The notes: generated from the sequence alone by a model not told the origin. DNA of 64,000 nucleotides from Microbacterium sp. (GCF_046295495.1 NZ_JBKBNC010000008.1:813-64812), one strand, 5' to 3'; positions 25,793-35,256 are shown, counted from the first letter of the stretch. Numbers and translations are program-made.

Positions 25793-26721
25793 GCCGCGTC
25801 GTCACCCTCGGCGAGACGATGGCACTCGCCCGAACGACCGAGATCGGGTCGCTCCGCCATGCCGCGGGGCTCGCCCTCGGCATCGGCGGGGCCGAGAGCA
25901 ACGTGGCCGTGGGCCTGGGCCGTCTGGGTGTCGACGCGGCCTGGCTCGGCCGCGTCGGCGACGATCCCCTCGGCGAGCGCATCGGGCGCGAGCTCCGCGG
26001 CGAGGGCCTCGAGGTGCGCGCGATCGTCGACCCCGAGGCGCCGACGGGCCTCATGCTCAAAGAGCGCCCGTCCGCGGCATCCACCGCCGTGCACTACTAC
26101 CGCCGCGGTTCGGCCGGCTCGCGCCTGGCACCCCCCGACGTCCCACCGGGATGGATCGAAGACGCCGATCTGCTGCACGTCACGGGCATCACCCCCCTGC
26201 TGTCCGACACCGCTCGCGCCGCCGTGCTCTCCGCGGTCGAGCGCGCCCGCGCCGCCGGCGTTCCGGTCTCCTTCGACGTCAACTACCGCTCGGCCCTCGC
26301 CTCGCCCGACGTCGCCGGTCCGGTCCTGCGCGAGATCGCCGAACGGTCCACCCTCGTGTTCGGCGGCGTCGAGGAGTTCGCCCTGATGTCGACGGACGCC
26401 GCGGAATCGCTCCTCGACGACGGCGTCCAGCAGGTCGTCGTCAAACGAGGGCCCGACGGCGCGGCGGTCTTCACCGCCGACGGCGTCACCGAGGCTCTCG
26501 GCTTCGCCATCGACCCGGTGGACACCGTCGGCGCGGGCGACGCCTTCGTCGCGGGATACCTCAGCGCCCACCTCGAGGGCCTCGACGTCCCGGACGCGTT
26601 GATCCGTGCCAATGCCTGCGGCGCGATGGCCTGCCTCGTTCCGGGCGACTGGGAGGCCGCTCCCACGCGCCGCGACCTCGAGCGCTTCCTCAGCGGTGGT
26701 GGAGACCCGGTCCGGCGCTGA
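25789..26721 (+). CDS. kdgK: 2-dehydro-3-deoxygluconokinase (PfkB sugar kinase)
   Basis: GTG 25789 in a GTGA overlap with the eda stop. Motifs GGAESNVAVGL and DTVGAGDAF. Confidence 0.8.
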   Translation: MSRVVTLGETMALARTTEIGSLRHAAGLALGIGGAESNVAVGLGRLGVDAAWLGRVGDDPLGERIGRELRGEGLEVRAIVDPEAPTGLMLKERPSAASTAVHYYRRGSAGSRLAPPDVPPGWIEDADLLHVTGITPLLSDTARAAVLSAVERARAAGVPVSFDVNYRSALASPDVAGPVLREIAERSTLVFGGVEEFALMSTDAAESLLDDGVQQVVVKRGPDGAAVFTADGVTEALGFAIDPVDTVGAGDAFVAGYLSAHLEGLDVPDALIRANACGAMACLVPGDWEAAPTRRDLERFLSGGGDPVRR

Positions 26722-26779
26722 CGCGCGCGGGCTCACCCCTGCCTGCCCGGCCGCCGACGACCGCTCGAGATCACACGTT

Positions 26780-26830
26780 CCGCGCGAGATGACCCGACGT
26801 TGCCCGGCTCCACCGTGTCATCTCGCGCGG
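26780..26830. terminator. Bidirectional terminator, 14-bp perfect arms CCGCGCGAGATGAC / GTCATCTCGCGCGG with 23-nt loop
   Basis: Read directly, between convergent kdgK (+) and the SCP-like gene (-). Confidence 0.55.
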
Positions 26831-26873
26831 ATCGTGCGATGTCGGCGGAGAGCTGCGGATACCGCGACCCGGG

Positions 26874-27230
26874 CTACGGCCGCAGCGGGAGCAGTGCGCT
26901 GAGGTCGGCGCGCACGCCGGAGGCCACGATGCGGCCGGCGGTCACGGCATCCGCCCAGTGCTCACGGCCCGTCGCAACGGCGATCCAGGTGGCCGCGTCG
27001 GTCTCGACGACGTTGGGCGGGGTGCCGCGCGTGTGCCGCGGACCCTCGATGACCTGCACGGCCCCGAACGGGGGCACCCGCATCTCCACGGAATTGCCCG
27101 GCGCCTTCTCGACCATCAGCTGAAGCAGGTAGCGCACGGCGGTGGCCGTCGCCGCGCGCGGGGCGTCTCCGGCGGCGACCGCGGCGAGCGCCGCGCGTCC
27201 GTCTCCGGTCTCGATGCGGCGGGGAGGCAT
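26874..27230 (-). CDS. Sterol-carrier (SCP2)-like family protein, conserved actinobacterial
   Basis: ORF 26874..27278 trimmed to ATG 27230 (MPPRRIETGDG). 118 aa. I recall this family as commonly adjacent to purD in actinobacteria. Confidence 0.55.
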   Translation of the reverse strand: MPPRRIETGDGRAALAAVAAGDAPRAATATAVRYLLQLMVEKAPGNSVEMRVPPFGAVQVIEGPRHTRGTPPNVVETDAATWIAVATGREHWADAVTAGRIVASGVRADLSALLPLRP

Positions 27231-27271
27231 GGCATCCACGCTACTCGCCGCCCCCGTCGGTCGGCCGGCGG

Positions 27272-27355
27272 GACGCAACGCAGGACTTCCGCGGTTCCGG
27301 GAGCGCCGGAGGCCTTCGGCTGGCCGGCGCCCGTCCGGAGTTCCTGCGTCGTGTC
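27272..27355 (+). repeat. 84-nt imperfect long hairpin element, copy A
   Basis: Element reads GAC..ACGCAGGA(27278)...TCCTGCGT(27342)..GTC. The termini pair over ~20 bp. It is a paralog of 27444-27527. Confidence 0.6.
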
Positions 27356-27443
27356 AAACGCGTGGTGGTCGCCGTCGCCGCGGTCGACCATCAGGGGCGG
27401 CCCGAAGCGGACCGCCCCGGGGCCGGGAACCGGCGCGCCGCGC

Positions 27444-27527
27444 GACAGAACGCAGGAGATGCAGCGGTCGGAGAGCCCCGGGATCAGAGACGACGGGGAT
27501 GCGACCACGGAACTCCTGCGTGGTGTC
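27444..27527 (+). repeat. 84-nt imperfect long hairpin element, copy B
   Basis: Element reads GAC..ACGCAGGA(27450)...TCCTGCGT(27514)..GTC. It has the same length and the same 64-nt motif spacing as copy A. Confidence 0.6.
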
Positions 27528-27555
27528 CGCGCCGAGGCCCCGACCGCGCGGTCGA

Positions 27556-27561
27556 TAGGCT
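27556..27561 (+). promoter_or_regulatory. -10 hexamer TAGGCT 6 nt before the purD GTG (leaderless predicted)
   Basis: Read directly. Confidence 0.45.
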
Positions 27562-27567
27562 GGCCGC

Positions 27568-28839
27568 GTGAGAATCCTGGTCCTCGGTTCGGGCGCGCGC
27601 GAGCACGCCATCATCCTCGCCCTGCGCTCCGAAGAGGAGTCGCACGCGATCTTCGCCGCCCCCGGCAACGCCGGCATCGCTCGCGAGGCGCACCTGGTCG
27701 ACCTCGATCCGCTCGACTCCACGGCCGTGCTCACCTTCGCCAAGGCCGAGGCGATCGACCTCGTCGTGGTCGGTCCCGAGGCGCCGCTGGTCGCGGGCGT
27801 CGCCGATCCGCTGCGCGCGCACGGCATCCCGGTGTTCGGCCCCGGCAAGGCCGCGGCCCAGCTCGAGGGCTCCAAGACCTACGCCAAGCGCATCATGGAT
27901 GCCGCGGGCGTGCCCACCGGTCGTTCGGTGCGCGCGCACGATGCCGCCGCCGTCGAGGCGGCCCTCGACGAGTTCGGCGCGCCCTACGTGGTCAAGGCCG
28001 ACGGCCTGGCCGCGGGCAAGGGCGTGATCGTCACGTCCGACCGCGATGCCGCGATCGCCCACGCCGGGGACTACCTCCCCACCGGGGCCGTGCTGATCGA
28101 GGAGTTCCTCTCGGGCCCCGAGGTGTCGCTGTTCTTCCTCAGCGACGGCGACCACGTGGCCCCGCTCAGCCCCGCGCAGGACTTCAAGCGTCTGCGCGAC
28201 GGCGACGAGGGCCCGAACACCGGCGGCATGGGCGCGTACTCGCCCCTGCCGTGGCTGAGCGAGCGCTTCGGCGGCGAAGACGAGTTCGTCGCCCAGGTCA
28301 CGCGCGAGATCGCCGAGCCCGTCATCCGGCAGATGGATGCCGAGGGCACCCCGTTCATCGGACTGCTCTACGCCGGACTCATCCTCACCGAGCAGGGCGT
28401 GAAGGTCATCGAGTTCAACGCCCGCTTCGGCGACCCCGAGACGCAGGTCGTGCTGCCGCGCCTGGTCGATCCCCTGTCGCGCCTGCTGCTGGCCGCCGCC
28501 TCGGGCACGCTCGAGGATCAGCCGCGCCCCGCCTTCGCCGACGCCACGGCCGTCACGGTCGTGCTGGCCAGCGAGGGCTATCCCGAGGCGCCGCTCACGG
28601 ATCGCGTGCTCACCGGTCTCGACGAGGCCGAGGAGGTCGACGGCGTGCACGTCGCCCACGCCGCCACCGCCGACCGCGACGGCGAGCTCGTCGCGACGGG
28701 CGGGCGCGTGCTCAGCGTCGTGGCGACCGGCACCACGTTCGCCGAGGCGCGCGCGGCCGCGTACGCCGGGCTGGAGCGCATCGGGCTCGAGGGCGGGCAG
28801 TACCGCAGCGACATCGCCGCGCGGGTCGCCCGGTCCTGA
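27568..28839 (+). CDS. purD: Phosphoribosylamine--glycine ligase
   Basis: 423-aa ORF with GTG start. N-terminus [17 protein letters not shown]-grasp motifs [27 protein letters not shown]. Confidence 0.95.
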   Translation: MRILVLGSGAREHAIILALRSEEESHAIFAAPGNAGIAREAHLVDLDPLDSTAVLTFAKAEAIDLVVVGPEAPLVAGVADPLRAHGIPVFGPGKAAAQLEGSKTYAKRIMDAAGVPTGRSVRAHDAAAVEAALDEFGAPYVVKADGLAAGKGVIVTSDRDAAIAHAGDYLPTGAVLIEEFLSGPEVSLFFLSDGDHVAPLSPAQDFKRLRDGDEGPNTGGMGAYSPLPWLSERFGGEDEFVAQVTREIAEPVIRQMDAEGTPFIGLLYAGLILTEQGVKVIEFNARFGDPETQVVLPRLVDPLSRLLLAAASGTLEDQPRPAFADATAVTVVLASEGYPEAPLTDRVLTGLDEAEEVDGVHVAHAATADRDGELVATGGRVLSVVATGTTFAEARAAAYAGLERIGLEGGQYRSDIAARVARS

Positions 28840-28843
28840 GCCC

Positions 28844-28865
28844 CTGCCGGCCCCGTGCCCGGCAG
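28844..28865 (+). terminator. Weak 7-bp hairpin CTGCCGG-N8-CCGGCAG after purD
   Basis: Read directly. Short stem, no U-tract. Confidence 0.3.
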
Positions 28866-29008
28866 CGGAGGGCGATCCACGGCGGAGGACCGACGACGCG
28901 GGACCCATCCTCCCCTCCCCCCGTCTCCTCCCGTCACCTGCGCCCTCGCCCCGGGGACACGGGCCGCGGCCCCGCGTGGCCGGGCGGATCGGCGACGACC
29001 TCGCGCCG

Positions 29009-29014
29009 TAGTCT
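29009..29014 (+). promoter_or_regulatory. -10 hexamer TAGTCT 6 nt before ATG 29021 (leaderless predicted)
   Basis: Read directly. Confidence 0.45.
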
Positions 29015-29020
29015 CGACCG

Positions 29021-29611
29021 ATGACTGCGACCCCCTACGACGCCCGGGCCGACGAGTACATCGCGGCATTCGGGTCGATGGATGCCGCGCACCCGGTCGA
29101 CCGGAGCATCATCGACGCCTGGGCGACCTCGGTCACGGGCCCGGTGCTCGACGCGGGGTGCGGCCCCGGTCACTGGACGGGACATCTGGCCCGGCGCGGC
29201 CTCGACGTGCGCGGCATCGATCTCTCCCCGCGGTTCGTCGACCACGCGCGGTCGGTGCGACCCGGCATCCGCTTCGACGTCGGCACCATCGACGACCTCG
29301 AGGCCGGTGACGAGGAGTTCGGCGGCATCCTGTCGTGGTTCTCGACGATCCACCACGACCCCGACGTCGTCGAGGTGCCGCTGCGGGAGTTCGCGCGGAC
29401 GCTTCGGCCGGGAGGGCGACTGCTGCTCGGCTTCTTCGTCGGCGCCGAGGTCGAGGCGTTCGACCACGCCGTGGTCCGGGCGCATCGGTGGCCGGCGGCG
29501 GAGCTGGGGCGGAGAGCGGATGCCGCGGGCCTGGACGTGATCGAGACCCACACGCGCGCGACGCGCGGCCAGCGGCCGGTCGGGGCGCTGGTGTGCGAGC
29601 GGCGAGCCTGA
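29021..29611 (+). CDS. Class I SAM-dependent methyltransferase
   Basis: 196-aa ORF. Motif I VLDAGCGPGHWT and post-I motif GIDLSP, followed by RPGGRLLL. Confidence 0.85.
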   Translation: MTATPYDARADEYIAAFGSMDAAHPVDRSIIDAWATSVTGPVLDAGCGPGHWTGHLARRGLDVRGIDLSPRFVDHARSVRPGIRFDVGTIDDLEAGDEEFGGILSWFSTIHHDPDVVEVPLREFARTLRPGGRLLLGFFVGAEVEAFDHAVVRAHRWPAAELGRRADAAGLDVIETHTRATRGQRPVGALVCERRA

Positions 29612-29864
29612 CGGGCACCCGGCTCGTGCGGACGGGCGTCGGGGGGCCGGCGTTCCGGACTCGGGCCCGGCAGCGGGCGGACCGCGGGGCGGCACGGCCC
29701 GCGAGGCGCCGTCGCAGATCGCGTCGCGGCGGGCGACGAGCACGTCCGCTCCGGCCCTCGGGCGCCGGGACTCCCCCGTATCCGATCCGAACCCTGCGCG
29801 TTCCGGCCTGTACCGACGCGCGCTGCCCGTTTACGGTGGTCCGACGGGCGGGTGCGGGGAAAGG

Positions 29865-31016
29865 GTGAACGTGACCGAGAAGACGATCGACGAAGCGGTG
29901 CAGCGACTCGGGTTGATGGACAGCCCGCCCGAGGAGCGCTTCGACCGCATCACGCGTCTCGCGAAAGACGTCTTCGACGTCGACTACGCGGTGCTGAACA
30001 TTGTCGACTCCGAGACCGTGTACACGAAGTCGCAGGTGGAGTCGGGATTCGTCCACACCCCCATCGAGGAGTCGTTCTGCGGCGAGGCGGTGAAGCAGCC
30101 CGCTGTGCTCGAGGTCTTCGACGGTCGCGCCGACCCGCGTTTCGCCGACCGCGCGATCGTGGCGACGCACGGCATCCGGTACTACGCCGGGTATCCCCTG
30201 CGCACGTACGACGGCGAGACCGTCGCCACGCTCTGCCTCCTCGATCACGAACCCTCCGCGCTCGACGACGAGCAGCGCGACGCGTTCGAGCGCTTCGGCG
30301 CGTGGGCCGAGGCCGAGCTGCGCGAGAGCGAACACCCCGAGACGCCGACGAGCCCGGCCGCGCCCGAGGTGGTCGCCGAGCGGACGGGAGCCGACGAGGT
30401 GCGCCTGGCGTCGTTCGCCCTCCCCCACGGCGTCGTCAGCGGCGACCGCGGCGGCTGGCAGCACGTGAGCGGGCGCGTGGTGCTGACCCTGGCCGACGTC
30501 ATGGGCAAGGGCGAGATCGCCGGCCGGCTCGCGGAAGAGCTGCTCGACGCCCTTCAGGAGCGCCGGGATGCCGCGCCGATCGAGGCCCTGATCGAGGTCG
30601 AGCGCGAAGCCCACCGTCGCGGTCATCGCGACACGTTCGCCACCGTCTTCCACGCCGTCATCGACACGCGCGCGGGCACCATGGAGTTCGTCGACGCCGG
30701 GCACGGGTTGACCCTCGTGCTGCGCACCGACGGCACGAGCGAGCGGCTCAGCTCGCGGAACCTTCCGCTGGGGCTTCGACCGGCTCGGCTCCCCTGGGAG
30801 GCGGGGGCCGTCCCCGTCGGTCGGGGCGACCTCATCGTCAGCGTCTCGGACGGCGCGCTCGACGCCTACGACTCGACCCTCGACAGCCTGCGCCAGCTCG
30901 GCGAAGACCTGCGGCGGGCCGCCGAACCGGAGGGCTTCTTCGACCAGCTGGCCGTTCGGGTGTCGACGCAGCGGGTGGATGACGACGTCACCGCGATCGT
31001 CGCATCCGTTCACTGA
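29865..31016 (+). CDS. GAF domain + PP2C/SpoIIE-family serine phosphatase
   Basis: 383-aa ORF starting at GTG 29865 or GTG 29871 (GGGGAAAGG SD). N-terminal GAF (FDVDYAVLNIVD...YYAGYPL). C-terminal PP2C-like (GDRGGW...LADVMGKG...DAGHG...SDGALD). Confidence 0.8.
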   Translation: MNVTEKTIDEAVQRLGLMDSPPEERFDRITRLAKDVFDVDYAVLNIVDSETVYTKSQVESGFVHTPIEESFCGEAVKQPAVLEVFDGRADPRFADRAIVATHGIRYYAGYPLRTYDGETVATLCLLDHEPSALDDEQRDAFERFGAWAEAELRESEHPETPTSPAAPEVVAERTGADEVRLASFALPHGVVSGDRGGWQHVSGRVVLTLADVMGKGEIAGRLAEELLDALQERRDAAPIEALIEVEREAHRRGHRDTFATVFHAVIDTRAGTMEFVDAGHGLTLVLRTDGTSERLSSRNLPLGLRPARLPWEAGAVPVGRGDLIVSVSDGALDAYDSTLDSLRQLGEDLRRAAEPEGFFDQLAVRVSTQRVDDDVTAIVASVH

Positions 31017-31033
31017 CGGCCCGCGCGGAAACG

Positions 31034-31071
31034 ACGAACGCCGCCGCCCCCGAGGGGACGACGGCGTTCGT
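31034..31071. terminator. Bidirectional terminator, 10-bp perfect arms ACGAACGCCG / CGGCGTTCGT
   Basis: Read directly, between the convergent phosphatase (+) and MFS (-) genes. Confidence 0.55.
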
Positions 31072-31076
31072 GGGGC

Positions 31077-32624
31077 TCACTCGCCCGCGGCGGCGGGGGC
31101 GGCCTGGGCCGCCTGCTGCGCGGGGGCCGCATCGCGCGGCGCGCCATGCGGGCGGATCACCGACGGGCGCCGCATGAACAGCACGGCGATCAGGCCCACG
31201 CCGATCACGACGATCGGCAGCACGAGCGACTGGCCCATGGCAGCCGAGAACCCCTCGACCACCTGCGGCGGCAGGGTCCCGCCGCCGAAGCTCGCATCGG
31301 CGTCCGCGGCACCCGGGAGGTTGGCCTCGAGGCGCGCCTGCATGAACGCGGCGATGGATGCCGAGCCGATCACCGAGCCGACCGTGCGGGTCGTGTTGTA
31401 GATGCCCGCGCCGGCGCCGGCCTGACGCGGCGGCAGGTTGCGCGTCGCCGTCGTGGCGAGCGGACCCCACATGCCGGCGTTGCCGACACCCATGAGCGCC
31501 GACGGGATGAGGAAGGCCCAGATGGGCGCGTCGTTCAGGATCAGCGCCACGTAGATCCCGAGTGATCCGCCGACCAGCAGCAGCCCGGGCACGAGCAGGA
31601 AGCGCGGATCGGTGCGGTCGAGCAGCTTGCCCGCGAAGGGAGCGAGCACGCCCGACAGCACGGCCAGCGGGATGAGCAGCAGGGCCGACTCGGTGGGCGT
31701 GAGACCGCGCGCCAGCTGCAGGTAGAACATCTGCGGCAGGGCCATGCTCGTCACGGTGAAGCCGACCGTGGCGATCGCGAGGTTCGCGATCGAGAAGTTG
31801 CGCTCGCGGAAGAGGTCGAGGGGCACCAGGGGCTCGCCCTTGCTGCGCGCCTGCGTCCAGATGAACACGCCCATGACCGCGACGCCCGCGGCCACCATCA
31901 CCCAGATCCAGGCCGCCCACGAGTAGTGCTCGCCCTCCTGCAGACCGAACACGATGAGGAAGAGGCCGATCGCGCTCAGCACGACGCCGACGATGTCGAA
32001 CTTGTGCGCGGTCTTGGGCAGCTGCGGCACGAGGATGACCGCGGCGATGAAGCCGATCACGCCGACGGGGATGTTGATGAAGAAGATCCACTCCCAGCCG
32101 AGCCCGTCGACGAGCAGGCCGCCCGCGAGCGGGCCGACGAGGGTCGCGACCCCGGCGGTGGCGCCCCACAGGCCCATCGCGGCGCCGCGGTTCTGCGGCG
32201 GGAAGGTGCGGGTGATGACCGCCATCGTCTGCGGGGTCATGAGCGCGGCGCCCAGGCCCTGCACGGCGCGGGCGACGATCAGCATCTCGAGGCTGGGGGC
32301 GAGCCCGCACGCGAGCGAGGCGATCGTGAAGACCGCCAGGCCCGTCAGGTAGACGTTCTTCGGGCCGAAGCGGTCGCCGAGGCGACCGGTGATCAACAGC
32401 GGCACGGCGTAGGTGAGCAGGTAGGCGCTCGTGACCCACACGACGTTGTCGAGGTTGTTGGTGTCCGGGTCGAGGGCGGCCTTGATGGCGGGGTTGGCGA
32501 CCGAGACGATCGTGGTGTCGACCAGGATCATGAAGAACCCGATGACGAGCGCCCAGAGGGCGGGCCAGGGGCTTCTTTCGGTGGTGCGGGTGGATGCCGC
32601 GGAGGCGGCGCGGGAGTCTGTCAT
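31077..32624 (-). CDS. MFS drug:H+ antiporter, DHA2 (EmrB/QacA, 14-TM) family
   Basis: ORF 31077..32735 trimmed to ATG 32624, in an ATGA overlap with the PadR stop. Motifs WVTSAYLLTYAVPLLITGRLGDRFGPK and MTPQTMAVI. Confidence 0.85.
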   Translation of the reverse strand: MTDSRAASAASTRTTERSPWPALWALVIGFFMILVDTTIVSVANPAIKAALDPDTNNLDNVVWVTSAYLLTYAVPLLITGRLGDRFGPKNVYLTGLAVFTIASLACGLAPSLEMLIVARAVQGLGAALMTPQTMAVITRTFPPQNRGAAMGLWGATAGVATLVGPLAGGLLVDGLGWEWIFFINIPVGVIGFIAAVILVPQLPKTAHKFDIVGVVLSAIGLFLIVFGLQEGEHYSWAAWIWVMVAAGVAVMGVFIWTQARSKGEPLVPLDLFRERNFSIANLAIATVGFTVTSMALPQMFYLQLARGLTPTESALLLIPLAVLSGVLAPFAGKLLDRTDPRFLLVPGLLLVGGSLGIYVALILNDAPIWAFLIPSALMGVGNAGMWGPLATTATRNLPPRQAGAGAGIYNTTRTVGSVIGSASIAAFMQARLEANLPGAADADASFGGGTLPPQVVEGFSAAMGQSLVLPIVVIGVGLIAVLFMRRPSVIRPHGAPRDAAPAQQAAQAAPAAAGE

Positions 32625-33244
32625 GGGGTGGTCTCCTTTGAGACGCGGTGCTTCTTCTTGATGTGTTCGGGGATCTCGGCGATGCCCCAGGGGAGGGAAC
32701 GATCGGCGAGGCGCGCGCGCAGGGAGTCCTGCCACGCGAGTTCGGCGTCGAGCAGAGCGGACTGCCGCTGCAGCTCGACGAGGAATTGTTCGGGTGTCTC
32801 GCGAGCGGCCGACGCGGCGAGCCCCGTGCGGTGCTCGTCGACCGAGGCCAGCAGCAGCGCGCGGCGCCGATCGAGCAGGGCGATGACCTCATCGCGTTCG
32901 AGGTTGTGGGCTTCCGAGAGGGCGACGCGGAAGTCGCTCGGCCGCTCGATCTGGGGCAGCTCGGCGCGCACCCATTCCTCGACGGCGTGGCGACCGGCCT
33001 CCCGGAGCGTATACGTCGTGCGTTCGGGGCGGTTGCCGTCGCGGTCGACGCCGATCTCGGCGAGGAGGCCGTCGCGCTCGAGGCGCGCGACCGTGTGGTA
33101 GATCGTGCCCTTCTGCAGGGGGACGAGACGGTCGTCGCGCCTCTCCTTGAGCAGGCGCACCATCTCGTACGGGTGCATGTCGCCCTCGCGCAGCGTCGCG
33201 AGGATCATGACGCCCACGGGGGTGAGGCGGCTCGTCTCCGGCAT
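32621..33244 (-). CDS. PadR-family transcriptional regulator (long form with C-terminal domain)
   Basis: 207-aa ORF. wHTH ILATLREGDMHPYEMVRLL...GTIYHTVARLERDGLL. Confidence 0.85.
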   Translation of the reverse strand: MPETSRLTPVGVMILATLREGDMHPYEMVRLLKERRDDRLVPLQKGTIYHTVARLERDGLLAEIGVDRDGNRPERTTYTLREAGRHAVEEWVRAELPQIERPSDFRVALSEAHNLERDEVIALLDRRRALLLASVDEHRTGLAASAARETPEQFLVELQRQSALLDAELAWQDSLRARLADRSLPWGIAEIPEHIKKKHRVSKETTP

Positions 33245-33270
33245 CCGTCCCCCTCATGGTCCGTGTCGAC

Positions 33271-33286
33271 TAGTCCACGTGGACTA
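33271..33286. promoter_or_regulatory. Perfect 16-bp palindrome TAGTCCACGTGGACTA, likely PadR operator
   Basis: Read directly, 27-42 nt upstream of the PadR ATG (33244). Confidence 0.55.
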
Positions 33287-33441
33287 TACGCCTGTTCCGC
33301 AGCAGGCGCGAACGCCCGGAGATGAACGTCGGGTGTCCGGAACGCGCGGGCGGACGACGCGCGACGGGGCGTGTCGAGGAAGGTCCGCGCCCGGCGCTCG
33401 TCCCGCCCGACGGGCGCGTGCATCTCGTCGAGCGCTCACGA

Positions 33442-33480
33442 CGAAGACGCCGTGCCGGCGGAGCGGACACGGCGTCTTCG
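33442..33480 (-). terminator. 13-bp perfect-stem hairpin CGAAGACGCCGTG-N13-CACGGCGTCTTCG downstream of the BCCT gene
   Basis: Read directly, 22 nt after the BCCT stop on the minus strand. Confidence 0.6.
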
Positions 33481-33501
33481 AGGAGATGCAGCTGCGGAGG
33501 A

Positions 33502-35256
33502 TCAGTCCGACGAGGAGGTGCCCGAGACCGCTCCGGAGGAACCCTCGGTCTCGATGGGCGCGTCGGCCGGCACGGCGACCGCCCGACGATGACGCCAGCG
33601 CGCGGGCAGACCGAAGATGCCGCGTTGATTGGGCTCCTCGACCTCGAGACCGTAGTGCTGGCCGATCGCGTCGCGCAACGCCGCCCGCTCGGCGCGGTCG
33701 TACGCCCGCATCTCGCGACGGAACGCGGTCACGGTCGCCCAGCAGATCGCCAGCAGCACGAGGCTGAACGGCAGGGCGATGCTGATGGCCGCGGTCTGCA
33801 GGGCCGTCAACCCGCCGGCGATCAGGAGCGCGAAGGCGATGACGGCCGTGGCCAGGGCGAAGAAGATGCGCACCCACTTCTTCGGCTCCTCCTCGCCGCC
33901 GGTGGCGATCATGCTCATCACGAGAGCCCCGGAATCGGCGGAGGTGACGAAGAACACCCCGATCAAGATGAGGAATCCGACGATCAGCACGACCGATCCC
34001 GGAACGCCCTCCAGCATCTGGAACAGCGCGGTGGAGACGTCGACCGACCCGTCCGGTCCGGCGAGCGAGGCCGTGCCCGTCAGCTCCCCGTAGATCGCCG
34101 TGCCGCCGAGCACCGTGAACCAGAGGATGCCGACGAGGGTGGGCACGAGGATGACGCCGGTGACGAACTCGCGCACCGTCCGCCCGCGCGAGATCCGCGC
34201 GATGAAGATGCCGACGAAGGGCGCCCACGAGATCCACCAGCCCCAGTAGAACGCCGTCCACGCCCCCTGCCACGCCACGCCGTCGTCACCCGCGTAGGCG
34301 CTGACGGTGAAGGACAGGCCGACGAAGTCCGAGATGTAGTTGCCCATCGACTGCACCACGTCGCGCAGGAGGAACTCGGTGGGGCCGGCGAACAGCAGGT
34401 ACAGCATCAACACGCCCGCGAGCACGAGGTTGATGTTCGACAGCCACTTCATGCCCTTGCCGACGCCCGACAGCAGCGAGAAGAGCACGAACCCGGTGAT
34501 GATGCCGATGATGACGGCCTGGCTGATCACGGTGGGCGGAACGAGACCCAGGAAGTCGAGACCGGCGCTGATCTGGATGACGCCGAGGCCCAGGGAGGTC
34601 GCGACGCCGAAGAGCGTGCCGACGAGCGCGGCGACGTCCACGGCGTTACCCCACGCGCCCTGCACGAGGCGCGCACCGAGGATCGGCTCGAGCGCCCATC
34701 GGATCGTGCGCGGCCGCTTCCGGCGGTGGAAGGCGTAGGCGAGCGCGAGGCCGATCACGACGTAGATCGACCACGCGTGAACGCCCCAGTGCAGGAAGGT
34801 CTGCGACATCGCCTGCTGCGCGAGTTCGGCGGGCGTCCCGGTGACGCCCGGGCGCGGCTCGATGAAGTGACTGAGCGGCTCGCTCACGCCGTAGAACACC
34901 AGACCGATGCCCATTCCGGCGGCGAACAGCAGGGAGAACCACGACAGCGTCGAGAACTCCGGCTCGTCGTCGTCCTGTCCGAGCTTGATGCTGCCGAACC
35001 GACTGAACCCCATCGCGAGCGCGAACACCACGAAGAACGCCGCGATGAGCACGTAGTACCAGTTGAAGGTCGACACGATCGCGGTCTGCACCGCGTCGAA
35101 GGTGCCCTCGGCCGCGGCCGGGAAGAACAGCGCGAAAGCGATGAACGCCAAAGCGATGGCGGCGGCGGGCCAGAAGACCCAGCCGCGGATGGTCTTGTGG
35201 CGGCTCCCCGCATGGGGATCGATGGACGCCGCGGTGTCGGGGGCTGCCTCGGTCAT
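33502..35256 (-). CDS. BCCT-family (betaine/carnitine/choline) transporter
   Basis: 584-aa ORF. Motifs FAAGMGIGLVFYGVSEP and AFYWGWWISWAPFVGIFIARISRGRT (BCCT signature). Confidence 0.9.
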   Translation of the reverse strand: MTEAAPDTAASIDPHAGSRHKTIRGWVFWPAAAIALAFIAFALFFPAAAEGTFDAVQTAIVSTFNWYYVLIAAFFVVFALAMGFSRFGSIKLGQDDDEPEFSTLSWFSLLFAAGMGIGLVFYGVSEPLSHFIEPRPGVTGTPAELAQQAMSQTFLHWGVHAWSIYVVIGLALAYAFHRRKRPRTIRWALEPILGARLVQGAWGNAVDVAALVGTLFGVATSLGLGVIQISAGLDFLGLVPPTVISQAVIIGIITGFVLFSLLSGVGKGMKWLSNINLVLAGVLMLYLLFAGPTEFLLRDVVQSMGNYISDFVGLSFTVSAYAGDDGVAWQGAWTAFYWGWWISWAPFVGIFIARISRGRTVREFVTGVILVPTLVGILWFTVLGGTAIYGELTGTASLAGPDGSVDVSTALFQMLEGVPGSVVLIVGFLILIGVFFVTSADSGALVMSMIATGGEEEPKKWVRIFFALATAVIAFALLIAGGLTALQTAAISIALPFSLVLLAICWATVTAFRREMRAYDRAERAALRDAIGQHYGLEVEEPNQRGIFGLPARWRHRRAVAVPADAPIETEGSSGAVSGTSSSD

